A stretch of DNA of 62,820 bases, the filler included. It is 3 parts of 3 records of this genome, joined end to end, with 100 filler letters (N's around TTAATTAATTAA, not from the genome) between each part and the next. Parts side by side here need not be neighbours in the genome. Positions count along the whole stretch, not along the records: positions 28,187 to 53,344 come from DRR378314_193; 2 more parts are not named here. One strand, 5' to 3'. This document shows positions 39,193-48,599 of the stretch, piece by piece. A model generated the notes under the pieces. It was given only the letters and a program-made list of their open reading frames with translations, searched no databases and was not told where the DNA came from. The translations under genes were made by a program, and so were the position numbers. Numbering within the stretch: the stretch's first letter is position 1; every line of letters starts with the position of its first letter.

Positions 39193-40176
39193 ATGAAAAT
39201 TTTGCATGTTGGGTTTGGGAAAACAGCGACGACATCGCTTCAGAAAGTGGTTTTTCCAAAAATATGTGATCATTTTTCTCTTAGTTATGTTAAGACCCAG
39301 AATCCTCAAATACGATACCATCGTGCTCTATTAGAGTTAGGAAAAGAAGTAAGCGAAGCTGAAAATTTTGATAACTCGTTGGTTAGTAGTGAGGGGCTTT
39401 GCTCCTGGGATCCTTTTTTTTGGAATGATTGGGCTATTAAAAATGCGCGTTATTTCGGTAGGGACTCTCATATTCTTTTGGTTATTCGTGAGCCAGAGTC
39501 TTACCTTAAATCGGTCTATATTCAGAGATGTCTACATGAAGGGAATGTGGTGCCGCCTGATAAGTTTTTTCTCGATAATAGCCTTTACTCTCCCTACTTA
39601 AGCAGTGCAAAGTTCAGCATAGAAGATTTTTCTTATAAAAAAATTATGTCAGCGTACGTGAGTAATTTTGACAGAGTTACGGTGGCAAAGTACGAAGATA
39701 TTTCTGATTTAGCAGCGATAAAAGAAATGCTTTCTCAGCATGGTCTTTTCTTCGACCATTGGTCCGAGTTGTCAGAGACGTTTCTAAAGAGTAGAACAAA
39801 TCCGTCATACAATAATCTGGCTGCTAAGCTAACGTTTCGCGTACAGAAGCTTTTAAAAGTTTTCGGTTTTTCGTTGAGCCCCAGCGAGATGACCTCTTCG
39901 GAAGTATACCTGCAAAGCTTGTCTGGTGGTAATAAAGCGAAGGATTACAGAGTTCAGAAATCTTCTTTCTTCATTAGGGTTCTTCGATTCGCCGCCTCTT
40001 TTCTGACCTGGCGTAGTTTGATGACGAGATTTGTCTCGAGGTTTTCTAAAAAGAAATTTGAGATGACCCTGAGCCAGATTAAAGGATTAGACATTCAGGC
40101 ACTGAAGGCGGAATACGAAGCAGTTCCGTCAATTGTTCACTTTCATAAAGGTGTAGATATTAATGAGTCCGGTTAA
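39193..40176 (+). CDS. Sulfotransferase-like protein
   Basis: N-terminal LHVGFGKTATTSLQ (5'-PSB-like loop), VSSEGL, LVIREP (3'-PB-like), KYED. Confidence 0.62.
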   Translation: MKILHVGFGKTATTSLQKVVFPKICDHFSLSYVKTQNPQIRYHRALLELGKEVSEAENFDNSLVSSEGLCSWDPFFWNDWAIKNARYFGRDSHILLVIREPESYLKSVYIQRCLHEGNVVPPDKFFLDNSLYSPYLSSAKFSIEDFSYKKIMSAYVSNFDRVTVAKYEDISDLAAIKEMLSQHGLFFDHWSELSETFLKSRTNPSYNNLAAKLTFRVQKLLKVFGFSLSPSEMTSSEVYLQSLSGGNKAKDYRVQKSSFFIRVLRFAASFLTWRSLMTRFVSRFSKKKFEMTLSQIKGLDIQALKAEYEAVPSIVHFHKGVDINESG

Positions 40177-41149
40177 GGTTTTAGTGACAGGCGCTGACGG
40201 ATTTATAGGCTCTCATTTGACGGAGCTCCTTGTTCGTGAGGGCTACCAAGTCAAGGCGTTGTCTGAGTATAACTCCTTTAACAATTGGGGGTGGCTTGAG
40301 GATATCGACTGTCTGGATCGAGTTGAAGTTTTAAACGGCGACGTGCGTGACCCTCATTATTGCAAGCATATCACCGAAGATATAGATGTTATTTATCACC
40401 TGGCCGCACTAATTGCCATTCCCTATTCCTATGTGGCGCCTGATAGCTATGTTGATACCAACATTAAAGGCACTCTGAATATATGCCAAGCCGCTCGAGA
40501 GAATGGTGTTAGGCGTGTAATTCATACTTCCACTAGTGAAGTTTACGGCACCGCTCAGTATGTGCCGATCGACGAAGACCATCCGTTACAGCCACAGTCG
40601 CCATATAGTGCTTCTAAGATCGCAGCTGACGCTATGGCCATGAGTTTTTACAACGCCTTCGATCTTCCGGTTACTGTCGCTCGACCCTTTAACACATATG
40701 GTCCTCGCCAGTCCGCAAGGGCGGTGATACCAACGATTATCAGCCAAATTGCCACTGGCATGAAACAAATAAAGTTGGGTGATGTCTCGCCGACCCGTGA
40801 CTTTAACTATGTGGAAGATACTTGCCAAGGCTTCTTACAGCTAGCTAACTGTGAAGCAGCGGTCGGTAGAACCGTCAATATCGCGTCAAATTACGAGATA
40901 TCGGTTGGCGATACATTGAACATCATTCGAGATTTAATGGGTAGTGATGTTGAGTTCACCACCGATGAACAGCGGTTACGCCCCGGGAAGTCTGAAGTTT
41001 TTCGACTGTGGGGGGACAACACGCGAATTCGAGAGCTGACGGGTTTTGCTCCTAAACATGACATTCGAGCTGGCCTGCGGAAGACCATTGACTGGTTTAC
41101 CCAGCCTCACCAGCTGGAAAAATATAAAGCCGATCTCTATAACGTTTGA
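40163..41149 (+). CDS. legB: NDP-GlcNAc 4,6-dehydratase LegB
   Basis: TGADGFIGSHL, AALIAIPYSY, TSTSEVYGTA, QSPYSASK, RPFNTYGPRQSARA. Confidence 0.9.
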   Translation: MSPVKVLVTGADGFIGSHLTELLVREGYQVKALSEYNSFNNWGWLEDIDCLDRVEVLNGDVRDPHYCKHITEDIDVIYHLAALIAIPYSYVAPDSYVDTNIKGTLNICQAARENGVRRVIHTSTSEVYGTAQYVPIDEDHPLQPQSPYSASKIAADAMAMSFYNAFDLPVTVARPFNTYGPRQSARAVIPTIISQIATGMKQIKLGDVSPTRDFNYVEDTCQGFLQLANCEAAVGRTVNIASNYEISVGDTLNIIRDLMGSDVEFTTDEQRLRPGKSEVFRLWGDNTRIRELTGFAPKHDIRAGLRKTIDWFTQPHQLEKYKADLYNV

Positions 41150-41156
41150 GATTTTT

Positions 41157-42317
41157 ATGCTGCTGCAACCTCTTATCGATTTTGTTCGTGACCACTACCG
41201 CACTGGCGAATTTATTCCTTTACACGCTCCGGTGTTTCGCGGCAATGAAAAGTCCTATGTGCTTGAAACGATTGACTCCACGTTCGTATCTAGCGTGGGA
41301 GCTTTTGTCGATCGCTTAGAGCACGATATGGCAGCTTATACCGGCAGTCCGCGCGCGGTTGCTACGGTCAACGGCACGGCTGCACTGCATGTCGCTCTGC
41401 GTCTGGTGGGCGTGCAGCACGGCGATTATGTCATCACGCAACCGTTGACTTTTGTCGCCACCTGTAATGCGATTGTTTACTCTGGAGCAACACCGATATT
41501 CGTCGATGTAGATCGCCATACTTTGGGGTTGTCCCCCTCGGCTCTTGAAAACTGGCTGCAGGAAAATGCCTTTCGTGACGATGCAGGTCAATGTCGTCGA
41601 CTTGCAGATCACGGCGTGATTCGAGCCTGCCTGCCAATGCACACTTTCGGCCATCCCGCAGACCTTAACGGCTTGTTGCGTGTTTGTGGTGGCTGGGGAT
41701 TACCCTTGGTGGAAGACGCTGCGGAGTCTTTAGGCAGTATTTATCATGGTGAGCATACCGGCACTTTTGGGGATGTAGGTACGTTAAGCTTTAATGGTAA
41801 CAAGATCATAACCACTGGCGGTGGAGGTATGCTTCTGTGTGGCCAAGAACTGGGTGAGCGCGCCAAGCACCTGACCACCACGGCCAAGCAGCCGCACAGC
41901 TATGAGTATATGCATGACGAATTGGGCTATAACTACCGGCTTCCTAATCTCAATGCGGCTCTTGGTTGCGCCCAGTTAGAGCAATTGGAGGGGTACATCG
42001 CCGAGAAGCGCCAGCTGGCCGCTGATTATGCCGCTTGTCTAGCCGGTAGTGAACTGGCGTTTGTCACCGAGCCGGATGGCTGCCGTAGCAACTATTGGCT
42101 TAATGCTGTTATATGCTCGAATTCCGCTCAGCGTGATCAACTGCTTCAGGCTACCAATGAGCAAGGCGTTATGACACGTCCAATTTGGCAGTTGATGAAT
42201 CGATTGCCTATGTACGCCGACGCCCCTTCTGGTGAACTGCCCAATGCCTTGTGGTTGGAAGCGCGAGTCGTGAACCTACCCAGCGGCGTGTGCGACCACG
42301 TTAAGGAAGGACGTTGA
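41157..42317 (+). CDS. legC: LegC-family aminotransferase
   Basis: IPLHAP, STFVSSVG, EDAAESLG, SFNGNKIITTGGGG, NYRLPNLNAALG. Confidence 0.9.
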   Translation: MLLQPLIDFVRDHYRTGEFIPLHAPVFRGNEKSYVLETIDSTFVSSVGAFVDRLEHDMAAYTGSPRAVATVNGTAALHVALRLVGVQHGDYVITQPLTFVATCNAIVYSGATPIFVDVDRHTLGLSPSALENWLQENAFRDDAGQCRRLADHGVIRACLPMHTFGHPADLNGLLRVCGGWGLPLVEDAAESLGSIYHGEHTGTFGDVGTLSFNGNKIITTGGGGMLLCGQELGERAKHLTTTAKQPHSYEYMHDELGYNYRLPNLNAALGCAQLEQLEGYIAEKRQLAADYAACLAGSELAFVTEPDGCRSNYWLNAVICSNSAQRDQLLQATNEQGVMTRPIWQLMNRLPMYADAPSGELPNALWLEARVVNLPSGVCDHVKEGR

Positions 42318-43483
42318 TGCGAAAAATAGCCGTATTTACTGGTACAAGGGCTGAGTACGGTCTCTTGTACTGGCTAATGAAGGATATCCAGGCGCATTCT
42401 GAACTGAACCTTCAGTTGGTGGTCGGTGCTATGCATCTATCTCCGGAATTCGGCAATACGTGGCAGGCGATTGTTGATGATGGGTTCGCGATCGATGCTA
42501 AAATAGAAATGTTGCTTTCTTCGGATAGTCGCGTCGGCACCGCCAAGTCAATGGGATTAGGGACGATCGGCATGGCTGATGCGCTGGAGCGTCTGGCTCC
42601 CGATGCCCTGGTGATTCTCGGTGACCGCTTCGAAGCCTTGTCCGCGGCTCAGGCCGCGCTGGTGATGAATATTCCCATCGTGCACATCCACGGGGGTGAG
42701 GTAACCGAGGGCGCCTACGATGACGCTATTCGGCATGCCATTACTAAAATGGCGAGCCTTCACTGCGTAGCTGCAACGCCTTATCGTCGACGGGTGATCC
42801 AGATGGGGGAGAAGCCCGAACGGGTCCTGAATGTTGGTGCCTTGGGGCTCGATCATCTTGCCCGGTCACCGCGCATGAGCCGTCAAGCGCTTGCCGAGAG
42901 CTTGAACTTTTCGCTAGATGCCCCGTATCTGCTGGTTACCTATCACCCTGTGACCTTGGCAGACGAGCCTCCAATTGAGAGCTTCAAGGCTCTATTGAAC
43001 GCACTTGACCGTTGGCCGGGTCATCGGGTTGTACTGACCTACCCGAATGCCGACAACGGCGGGCGTGCGATTATCCCGTTACTCGAAGAGTATGCGGCCC
43101 GGCAGCCAGAGCGTGTACTGGCTATTCCTTCTTTGGGGGCCCAGCGTTACCTCTCGGCCGTAGCAGAGGCAGATGCTGTAGTCGGAAATTCTTCCAGCGG
43201 TCTCATTGAGGTTCCGAGTTTCGGTGTACCGACGCTTAACATCGGACAGCGTCAGGGCGGTCGGCTGGCCGCTGAATCGGTATTACACTGCGCAGCTGAC
43301 GAGGAGGCTATCGACTCGGGCATTCGCCAAGCACTCAGTCCTTCGTTCAGGGAAATATGTCGCCATGCACGCAATCCTTATGGTCAGGGTAATGCTGCGG
43401 AGAAGATTGTCGACGCCCTGCTTATGCAACCGCTTGAGACGCTTAAATCCTTTCATGATTTGCCGGGAGGCTCTCAGTCGTGA
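42317..43483 (+). CDS. neuC: Hydrolysing NDP-bacillosamine/GlcNAc 2-epimerase (NeuC/LegG)
   Basis: TGTRAEYGLL, LGDRFE, HIHGGE, DDAIRHAITK, GNSSSG. Confidence 0.92.
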   Translation: MRKIAVFTGTRAEYGLLYWLMKDIQAHSELNLQLVVGAMHLSPEFGNTWQAIVDDGFAIDAKIEMLLSSDSRVGTAKSMGLGTIGMADALERLAPDALVILGDRFEALSAAQAALVMNIPIVHIHGGEVTEGAYDDAIRHAITKMASLHCVAATPYRRRVIQMGEKPERVLNVGALGLDHLARSPRMSRQALAESLNFSLDAPYLLVTYHPVTLADEPPIESFKALLNALDRWPGHRVVLTYPNADNGGRAIIPLLEEYAARQPERVLAIPSLGAQRYLSAVAEADAVVGNSSSGLIEVPSFGVPTLNIGQRQGGRLAAESVLHCAADEEAIDSGIRQALSPSFREICRHARNPYGQGNAAEKIVDALLMQPLETLKSFHDLPGGSQS

Positions 43484-44556
43484 AGATAGCATCCGCAACT
43501 TATGTAATTGCTGAAGCCGGAGTTAACCATAACGGTGATCGGCAGCGGGCCTTCGATTTGATTGATGCCGCTGCCAACGCTGGGGCTGATGCTGTAAAAT
43601 TCCAGACCTTTAACGCTAAGCGTCTGGCCGCGTTGACCGCCCCTAAGGCTGCCTACCAGCAGCGTACGACCGAGGCAGCTCAGAGCCAACTTAAGATGCT
43701 TGAAGCTCTGGAACTGCCGCTCGAGTGGCATGCCCCTCTCCAGGCTCATGCACACCAGCTTGGTATTGAATTTCTGTCCACTGCCTTCGACACCCAGAGC
43801 TTGGCATTTCTGGAAACTCTTAATTTGCCATTCTACAAAGTGCCCTCTGGTGAGTTGACTAACGGTCCGCTGCTTTGGGCCTTTGGTCAGACCGGTAGGC
43901 CATTGGTCATCTCCACCGGCATGGCTACTCTCTCTGAGGTTGAGCAAGGCCTGGCGGTGGTCTGCCATGCCTTTAACCATTCAGAGAAGCCTCGCTCGAT
44001 GCGCGAGGTTTGGCAGTGCTGGTGCGAACCAGAGGCCCGCGCTGCTCTGGCAGGGCGTGTGAGTCTGCTGCACTGTACTTCCCAGTATCCTACACCAGTT
44101 CAGGAAGTTAATTTAAAGGCTATGGATACATTGGCTGAGGTCTTCGGTGTTCCGGTCGGCTATTCCGATCATACCCGGGGTACGCTGGTTCCTGTGGCCG
44201 CCGTGGCACGTGGTGCCACAATCATTGAGAAGCACTTCACCCTTGATCGCTACCTACCAGGTCCGGACCATGAGGCCTCGCTTGAACCTGATGAGCTAAA
44301 ACGCATGGTGCAGGATATCCGGGTCATAGCGCAGTCACTCGGAGACGGCCAAAAAGTGCCCCAGGCAAGTGAGTGGGATACCCGCCAAGCCGCCAGACAG
44401 AACTTAGTGGCTTCCAGATCCATCCAACAGGGCGAGCTGTTTACGGAGGATAACGTCACCACAGCGCGTGCCGGGCAGGGCGAGCTTGGCATGGCGTTTT
44501 GGGACAAACTAGGGCAGCCGGCGGCGCGGGACTATAAGGTGGGGGATGCGCTGTGA
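43480..44556 (+). CDS. neuB: Nonulosonic acid synthase (NeuB/LegI)
   Basis: IAEAGVNHNG, DAVKFQTF, STGMA, LLHCTSQYP, GYSDHT, IEKHFTLD, GPDH. Confidence 0.93.
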   Translation: MKIASATYVIAEAGVNHNGDRQRAFDLIDAAANAGADAVKFQTFNAKRLAALTAPKAAYQQRTTEAAQSQLKMLEALELPLEWHAPLQAHAHQLGIEFLSTAFDTQSLAFLETLNLPFYKVPSGELTNGPLLWAFGQTGRPLVISTGMATLSEVEQGLAVVCHAFNHSEKPRSMREVWQCWCEPEARAALAGRVSLLHCTSQYPTPVQEVNLKAMDTLAEVFGVPVGYSDHTRGTLVPVAAVARGATIIEKHFTLDRYLPGPDHEASLEPDELKRMVQDIRVIAQSLGDGQKVPQASEWDTRQAARQNLVASRSIQQGELFTEDNVTTARAGQGELGMAFWDKLGQPAARDYKVGDAL

Positions 44557-45221
44557 AAACGGCACCTGTTATTCTTTTGGGCGCTGGCGGGCACGCCAAG
44601 GTGGTACTTGATTTACTCAGAGCCCTTGATCATCGAGTTCTAGGTGTATGCGACCCCTTGTTGACTGATCAGAATATTTCTCGGTGGCGTGATTTGCCCG
44701 TGATGGGCAGCGATGAGGCGGTCAATCGACATAGCCCCGACAGTATCATGATTGCAAATGGCGCGGGTAGCCTGCCGGGCCGCTACTTACGCCGCCGCTT
44801 GCATGACCAGTTCGTCGGCAGCGGCTATCGTTTCGTAACCCTGGTGCACCCTAGCGCTCTCCTCGGATCCGGCGTTGAGCTGGGTCAAGGAGTACAGATC
44901 ATGGCGGGTGTGATCGTACAGGCGGATACCGCTATTGGAAACGACGTAATCCTCAACACCGGTTCGCGTATCGATCATGACGGTTTGATCGGCGACCATG
45001 TGCATGTTGCGCCGGGCGCCGTTATATCTGGAGGCGTAATGGTCTCTGACGGTTGCCATATCGGCCCGGGCAGCGTGATCATTCAGGGCGTAAAACTTGG
45101 TATGGGTGCCGTGGTTGGCGCGGGTACCACTGTTCTGTCGGATATAAAGGCGCATTGTCAGGTTACAGGGCAGCCTCCGCGAATACCTGTGGAGCTCAAA
45201 AGGGAGAACAACACCGCATGA
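44553..45221 (+). CDS. NeuD/PglD-like sugar acetyltransferase
   Basis: GAGGHAKVV, TLVHPSA, IDHD, hexapeptide repeats. Confidence 0.88.
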   Translation: MKTAPVILLGAGGHAKVVLDLLRALDHRVLGVCDPLLTDQNISRWRDLPVMGSDEAVNRHSPDSIMIANGAGSLPGRYLRRRLHDQFVGSGYRFVTLVHPSALLGSGVELGQGVQIMAGVIVQADTAIGNDVILNTGSRIDHDGLIGDHVHVAPGAVISGGVMVSDGCHIGPGSVIIQGVKLGMGAVVGAGTTVLSDIKAHCQVTGQPPRIPVELKRENNTA

Positions 45222-46273
45222 AGCACTGGAAAGCCACGGTGGTGGCGCCGGGCACACCGCTTGAGCAAGCCATCCAAGTACTGGATCGAGCCGCATTAAG
45301 GATAGTCCTCGTCGTAGACGCGCAAGGATATCTTCGAGGTACCTTGACCGACGGAGATATCAGGAGGGCACTGATTGCCCATCAATCTCTCTCAGTCCCG
45401 GTAGATGACGTAATGAACCCACGTCCGCAGACGGCAACGACTGAGTGGAGCAAAGACCGCATGCTCGCCATTATGGAGAAGCGCCAAATACTTCAGTTGC
45501 CTATCGTCGACGGCGAGGGTCGTGTTGTTGGTCTGGAAAGCCTTCATGATCTGCTCAACAAACCTCTGCATGATAATCCTGTTTTTTTGATGGCTGGCGG
45601 ATTCGGAACACGGCTTCGCCCGTTGACCAATGACTGCCCTAAGCCGATGCTCAAGGTCGGCGATAAGCCGATTTTACATCTCATCCTTAATCATTTCATC
45701 CAAGCGGGCTTCCATCGTTTCTTTATTTCCACCCACTATATGCCCCATCTGATTCGAGATTATTTCGGCGATGGCAGTCAGTGGGGTGTCAGTATCCAGT
45801 ATATTCATGAAGAAGAGCCCTTGGGGACTGGCGGGGCATTGGGCTTGTTACCACACGATGAGATTGATTGCCCAATGTTCTTGATGAACGGCGACCTTTT
45901 GACTTCTCTGAATGTTCATGGCCTGCTGGATTTTCATCGCGAGCACCCTGGTAGCGCCACCATGTGCGTACGTGAATATGATTACCAAGTGCCTTATGGC
46001 GTGATTGAAAGCGAAGGTCATCGTATTCGATCAATGGTTGAGAAGCCGACTCAGCGCTTTTTTATAAATGCAGGCGTCTATCTATTAGAGCCGGAACTGG
46101 TGCATAGTGTTCGGCCGGGCACCCGAATTGACATGCCGTCACTTCTCGAAAGAGAGATAGCCGAGGAGCGAGTGGTTAACATGTTTCCAATCCACGAGTA
46201 CTGGCTTGATATCGGTCGAATCACCGATTTCAGGAAAGCGCAGGATGATTGCGTGGATCTTTTTAATGGGTGA
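45218..46273 (+). CDS. CBS-domain nucleotidyltransferase (PtmE-like)
   Basis: GTLTDGDIRR CBS pair; MAGGFGTRLRPLT..PKPML, PLGTGG, NGDLL, YWLDIG. Confidence 0.9.
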   Translation: MKHWKATVVAPGTPLEQAIQVLDRAALRIVLVVDAQGYLRGTLTDGDIRRALIAHQSLSVPVDDVMNPRPQTATTEWSKDRMLAIMEKRQILQLPIVDGEGRVVGLESLHDLLNKPLHDNPVFLMAGGFGTRLRPLTNDCPKPMLKVGDKPILHLILNHFIQAGFHRFFISTHYMPHLIRDYFGDGSQWGVSIQYIHEEEPLGTGGALGLLPHDEIDCPMFLMNGDLLTSLNVHGLLDFHREHPGSATMCVREYDYQVPYGVIESEGHRIRSMVEKPTQRFFINAGVYLLEPELVHSVRPGTRIDMPSLLEREIAEERVVNMFPIHEYWLDIGRITDFRKAQDDCVDLFNG

Positions 46274-46949
46274 CGGTTTGAAAACAGTTGCGGTGATTCC
46301 CGCCAGGGGGGGGAGCAAAAGGTTGCCTGGCAAAAATCTGATTAACCTAGGTGGTAAACCTTTAATAGCTTGGACAATAGAGGCGGCCATTGAGGCAAAA
46401 GTATTTGAGGTCATTGTAGTTTCAAGTGACGATGGAAAGATTCTTTCGGTGGCTTCAAAGTATCCAAATATCGTTACGTCGGAAAGGCCTGAATATCTGG
46501 CTTCGGACACGGCCACGACAGTGGATACCGTCGCGCACGTGGTTTCGGAATTAGAGGAAAAAGGAACTTGGCCAGATGCTATCGCCATTCTTCAGCCAAC
46601 ATCTCCGTTGCGTAGTGCTGGGGATATCACTGCGGCTTTTGAATTGTTTGTGCAGAAAAAATCCACAGTGGTTTCTGTATGTGAGCTAGAGCATCCTATC
46701 GAGTGGAGTGGAACTTTAGAGAATGGTTATTTGACTGGTCTGAATGATTCATTGCTTAGGTCGCAAGATCATAAAAAGCGTTACAGGCTTAATGGAGCTA
46801 TTTATATTTGCCAAAGACTGGATATATCAATCGGGACCCCCCTGATTAAACAAGGGCCTCTGGCATATGTTATGCCAGCTGGGCGTTCTGTAGATATCGA
46901 TACTTTGTTCGATTTAGAATTGTGCGAGTTTATCCTTGGGGGCCAGTGA
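46266..46949 (+). CDS. neuA: Acylneuraminate cytidylyltransferase (NeuA/LegF)
   Basis: IPARGGSKRLPGKN, LQPTSPLR, LNGAIY, SVDIDT. Confidence 0.92.
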   Translation: MGDGLKTVAVIPARGGSKRLPGKNLINLGGKPLIAWTIEAAIEAKVFEVIVVSSDDGKILSVASKYPNIVTSERPEYLASDTATTVDTVAHVVSELEEKGTWPDAIAILQPTSPLRSAGDITAAFELFVQKKSTVVSVCELEHPIEWSGTLENGYLTGLNDSLLRSQDHKKRYRLNGAIYICQRLDISIGTPLIKQGPLAYVMPAGRSVDIDTLFDLELCEFILGGQ

Positions 46950-47383
46950 TTTTTTCGGCCCTCGTAGATGATGTCCTCCCAGCCGGCCGAAGTGGATTTA
47001 TCAATAGCAACGGATTATAAATTTCGGTTTTTCTTCGGTGTTGAAATATCGAGGTCGATCTAATACGACGTTTTCTCGCTGCATAAACCAATAATAGGTA
47101 CGACTCGAGGTTTTTTCGAAATCATCTAAAATTTTTACATCGGCGATGATCTAGACCATAAGCCAGTGATAATAAATCAGGCTCTGAAGAAGGGCGTAAA
47201 ATAAGCTCTCCAAAGATGATACATTGAAGTGAATTATTCAGACCCCCTTGGCAAAGTTCCGCTTTCATTTTGGTTTAAATAGGGTCTGTATTTTTTGCTG
47301 CCTTTGACGTTTATCTTTTGTCTCTTGTCGCTCGCGACCATGGCGGGATTTCTGAAAAATAGAGTGACCTCTATTATGAGCTG

Positions 47384-48544
47384 TTGGGCTTGTGGCGTAA
47401 TTGGTTTGCTGAATTTTTATCGACGGAGTTAGTCTTGAGAATTTTACACCTTTCAATATCTAGACAGTTCTCCCATGGCCAGATTAACCAGCTTCGTTAT
47501 GAAGATAGTGCTTCAAAGACCATAAAGGACGTCGAGTGGGTTACGTTAGGGTACCATCGTGGGTCCGAGGAAGGTCGATTTATAAAAAAAATACCGGTGT
47601 TATTCAGACCTATTTTTTTAAGGAGCTTATATGGCTGGCTCTTGGCGTTGCGGCTCAGTAAAGAATATGATGTTCTGCTAATGAGGCATATGACTTTTGA
47701 TCCCTTTGCACTGATATTTTCTTTCTTTATCCACAACAGAGTAAGTGTCCATCATTCAAAAGAGATTGAAGAGCTAAAGCTCGTTAGAAGCGGATGGCGT
47801 GGCCGCTTTGCCTCTTTAGTTGAGGCCTATACGGGGCGCGTAGCAGTTAGAAACACGAAAATGATCCTCGGTGTTACAGAAGAGATAGCACAGTACGAAC
47901 AGAAAGTTCGGGCGCCGTGGAAGCCATTTGCAGTATATCCAAATGGTATCGATGTGGATTCTGTAAAAAAACTACATGATGCTCGTTTTGCCGACCAAAT
48001 ACACATGGCTTTTATATGTGGCTCTTTTTCTCATTGGCATGGATTGGATAAGATTATTGCAGCTGCTAATGTTTACAAGGCCAAAAAGGACTGCCTGCCT
48101 ATGCATATACATTTAATAGGCCAGTTGTCTCAGAAACAGTTGTTTACGCTGAGCAGCATTGGGAGCGCCCATTTGGAATTTCACACGCACGGCTTGATGC
48201 GGCCTGAAGAATATAGACCCATTTTGGCGAAGTGCGATTTTGGTGTCGGGTCGTTGGCGCTGGAAAGGAAGGGCTTAAAAGAGGCGTCAACTTTGAAAGT
48301 TAGAGAGATGTTGGCTTTGGGTTTGCCCGTTTACGCTGGGCACAAAGATGTTGCGCTAATGAAAAACTGCCCATGGGCGCGTGTTGTTAGCGAAGTTACG
48401 CTTAGCGATCTACAGGATTTTGGCGTTTCTATGAAAAAAATTAGTCGAGATCAGGTTAGGGGTGAGAGCTCCCATCTGATAGCAAAGGCGGATATCATGA
48501 AAGACACTGTGGTCTCTTTGAGAAACGTTTTCGGAGTGGCTTAG
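47384..48544 (+). CDS. Putative glycosyltransferase (GT-B)
   Basis: YPNGID, WHGLDK, LKVREMLALGLPV; start uncertain (may be about 47434). Confidence 0.7.
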   Translation: MGLWRNWFAEFLSTELVLRILHLSISRQFSHGQINQLRYEDSASKTIKDVEWVTLGYHRGSEEGRFIKKIPVLFRPIFLRSLYGWLLALRLSKEYDVLLMRHMTFDPFALIFSFFIHNRVSVHHSKEIEELKLVRSGWRGRFASLVEAYTGRVAVRNTKMILGVTEEIAQYEQKVRAPWKPFAVYPNGIDVDSVKKLHDARFADQIHMAFICGSFSHWHGLDKIIAAANVYKAKKDCLPMHIHLIGQLSQKQLFTLSSIGSAHLEFHTHGLMRPEEYRPILAKCDFGVGSLALERKGLKEASTLKVREMLALGLPVYAGHKDVALMKNCPWARVVSEVTLSDLQDFGVSMKKISRDQVRGESSHLIAKADIMKDTVVSLRNVFGVA

Positions 48545-48599
48545 ATTTTGATTTCGAGAGGTTGAAAAGTGTTTTTAAATACCATTCCTGGCTCGCTTT

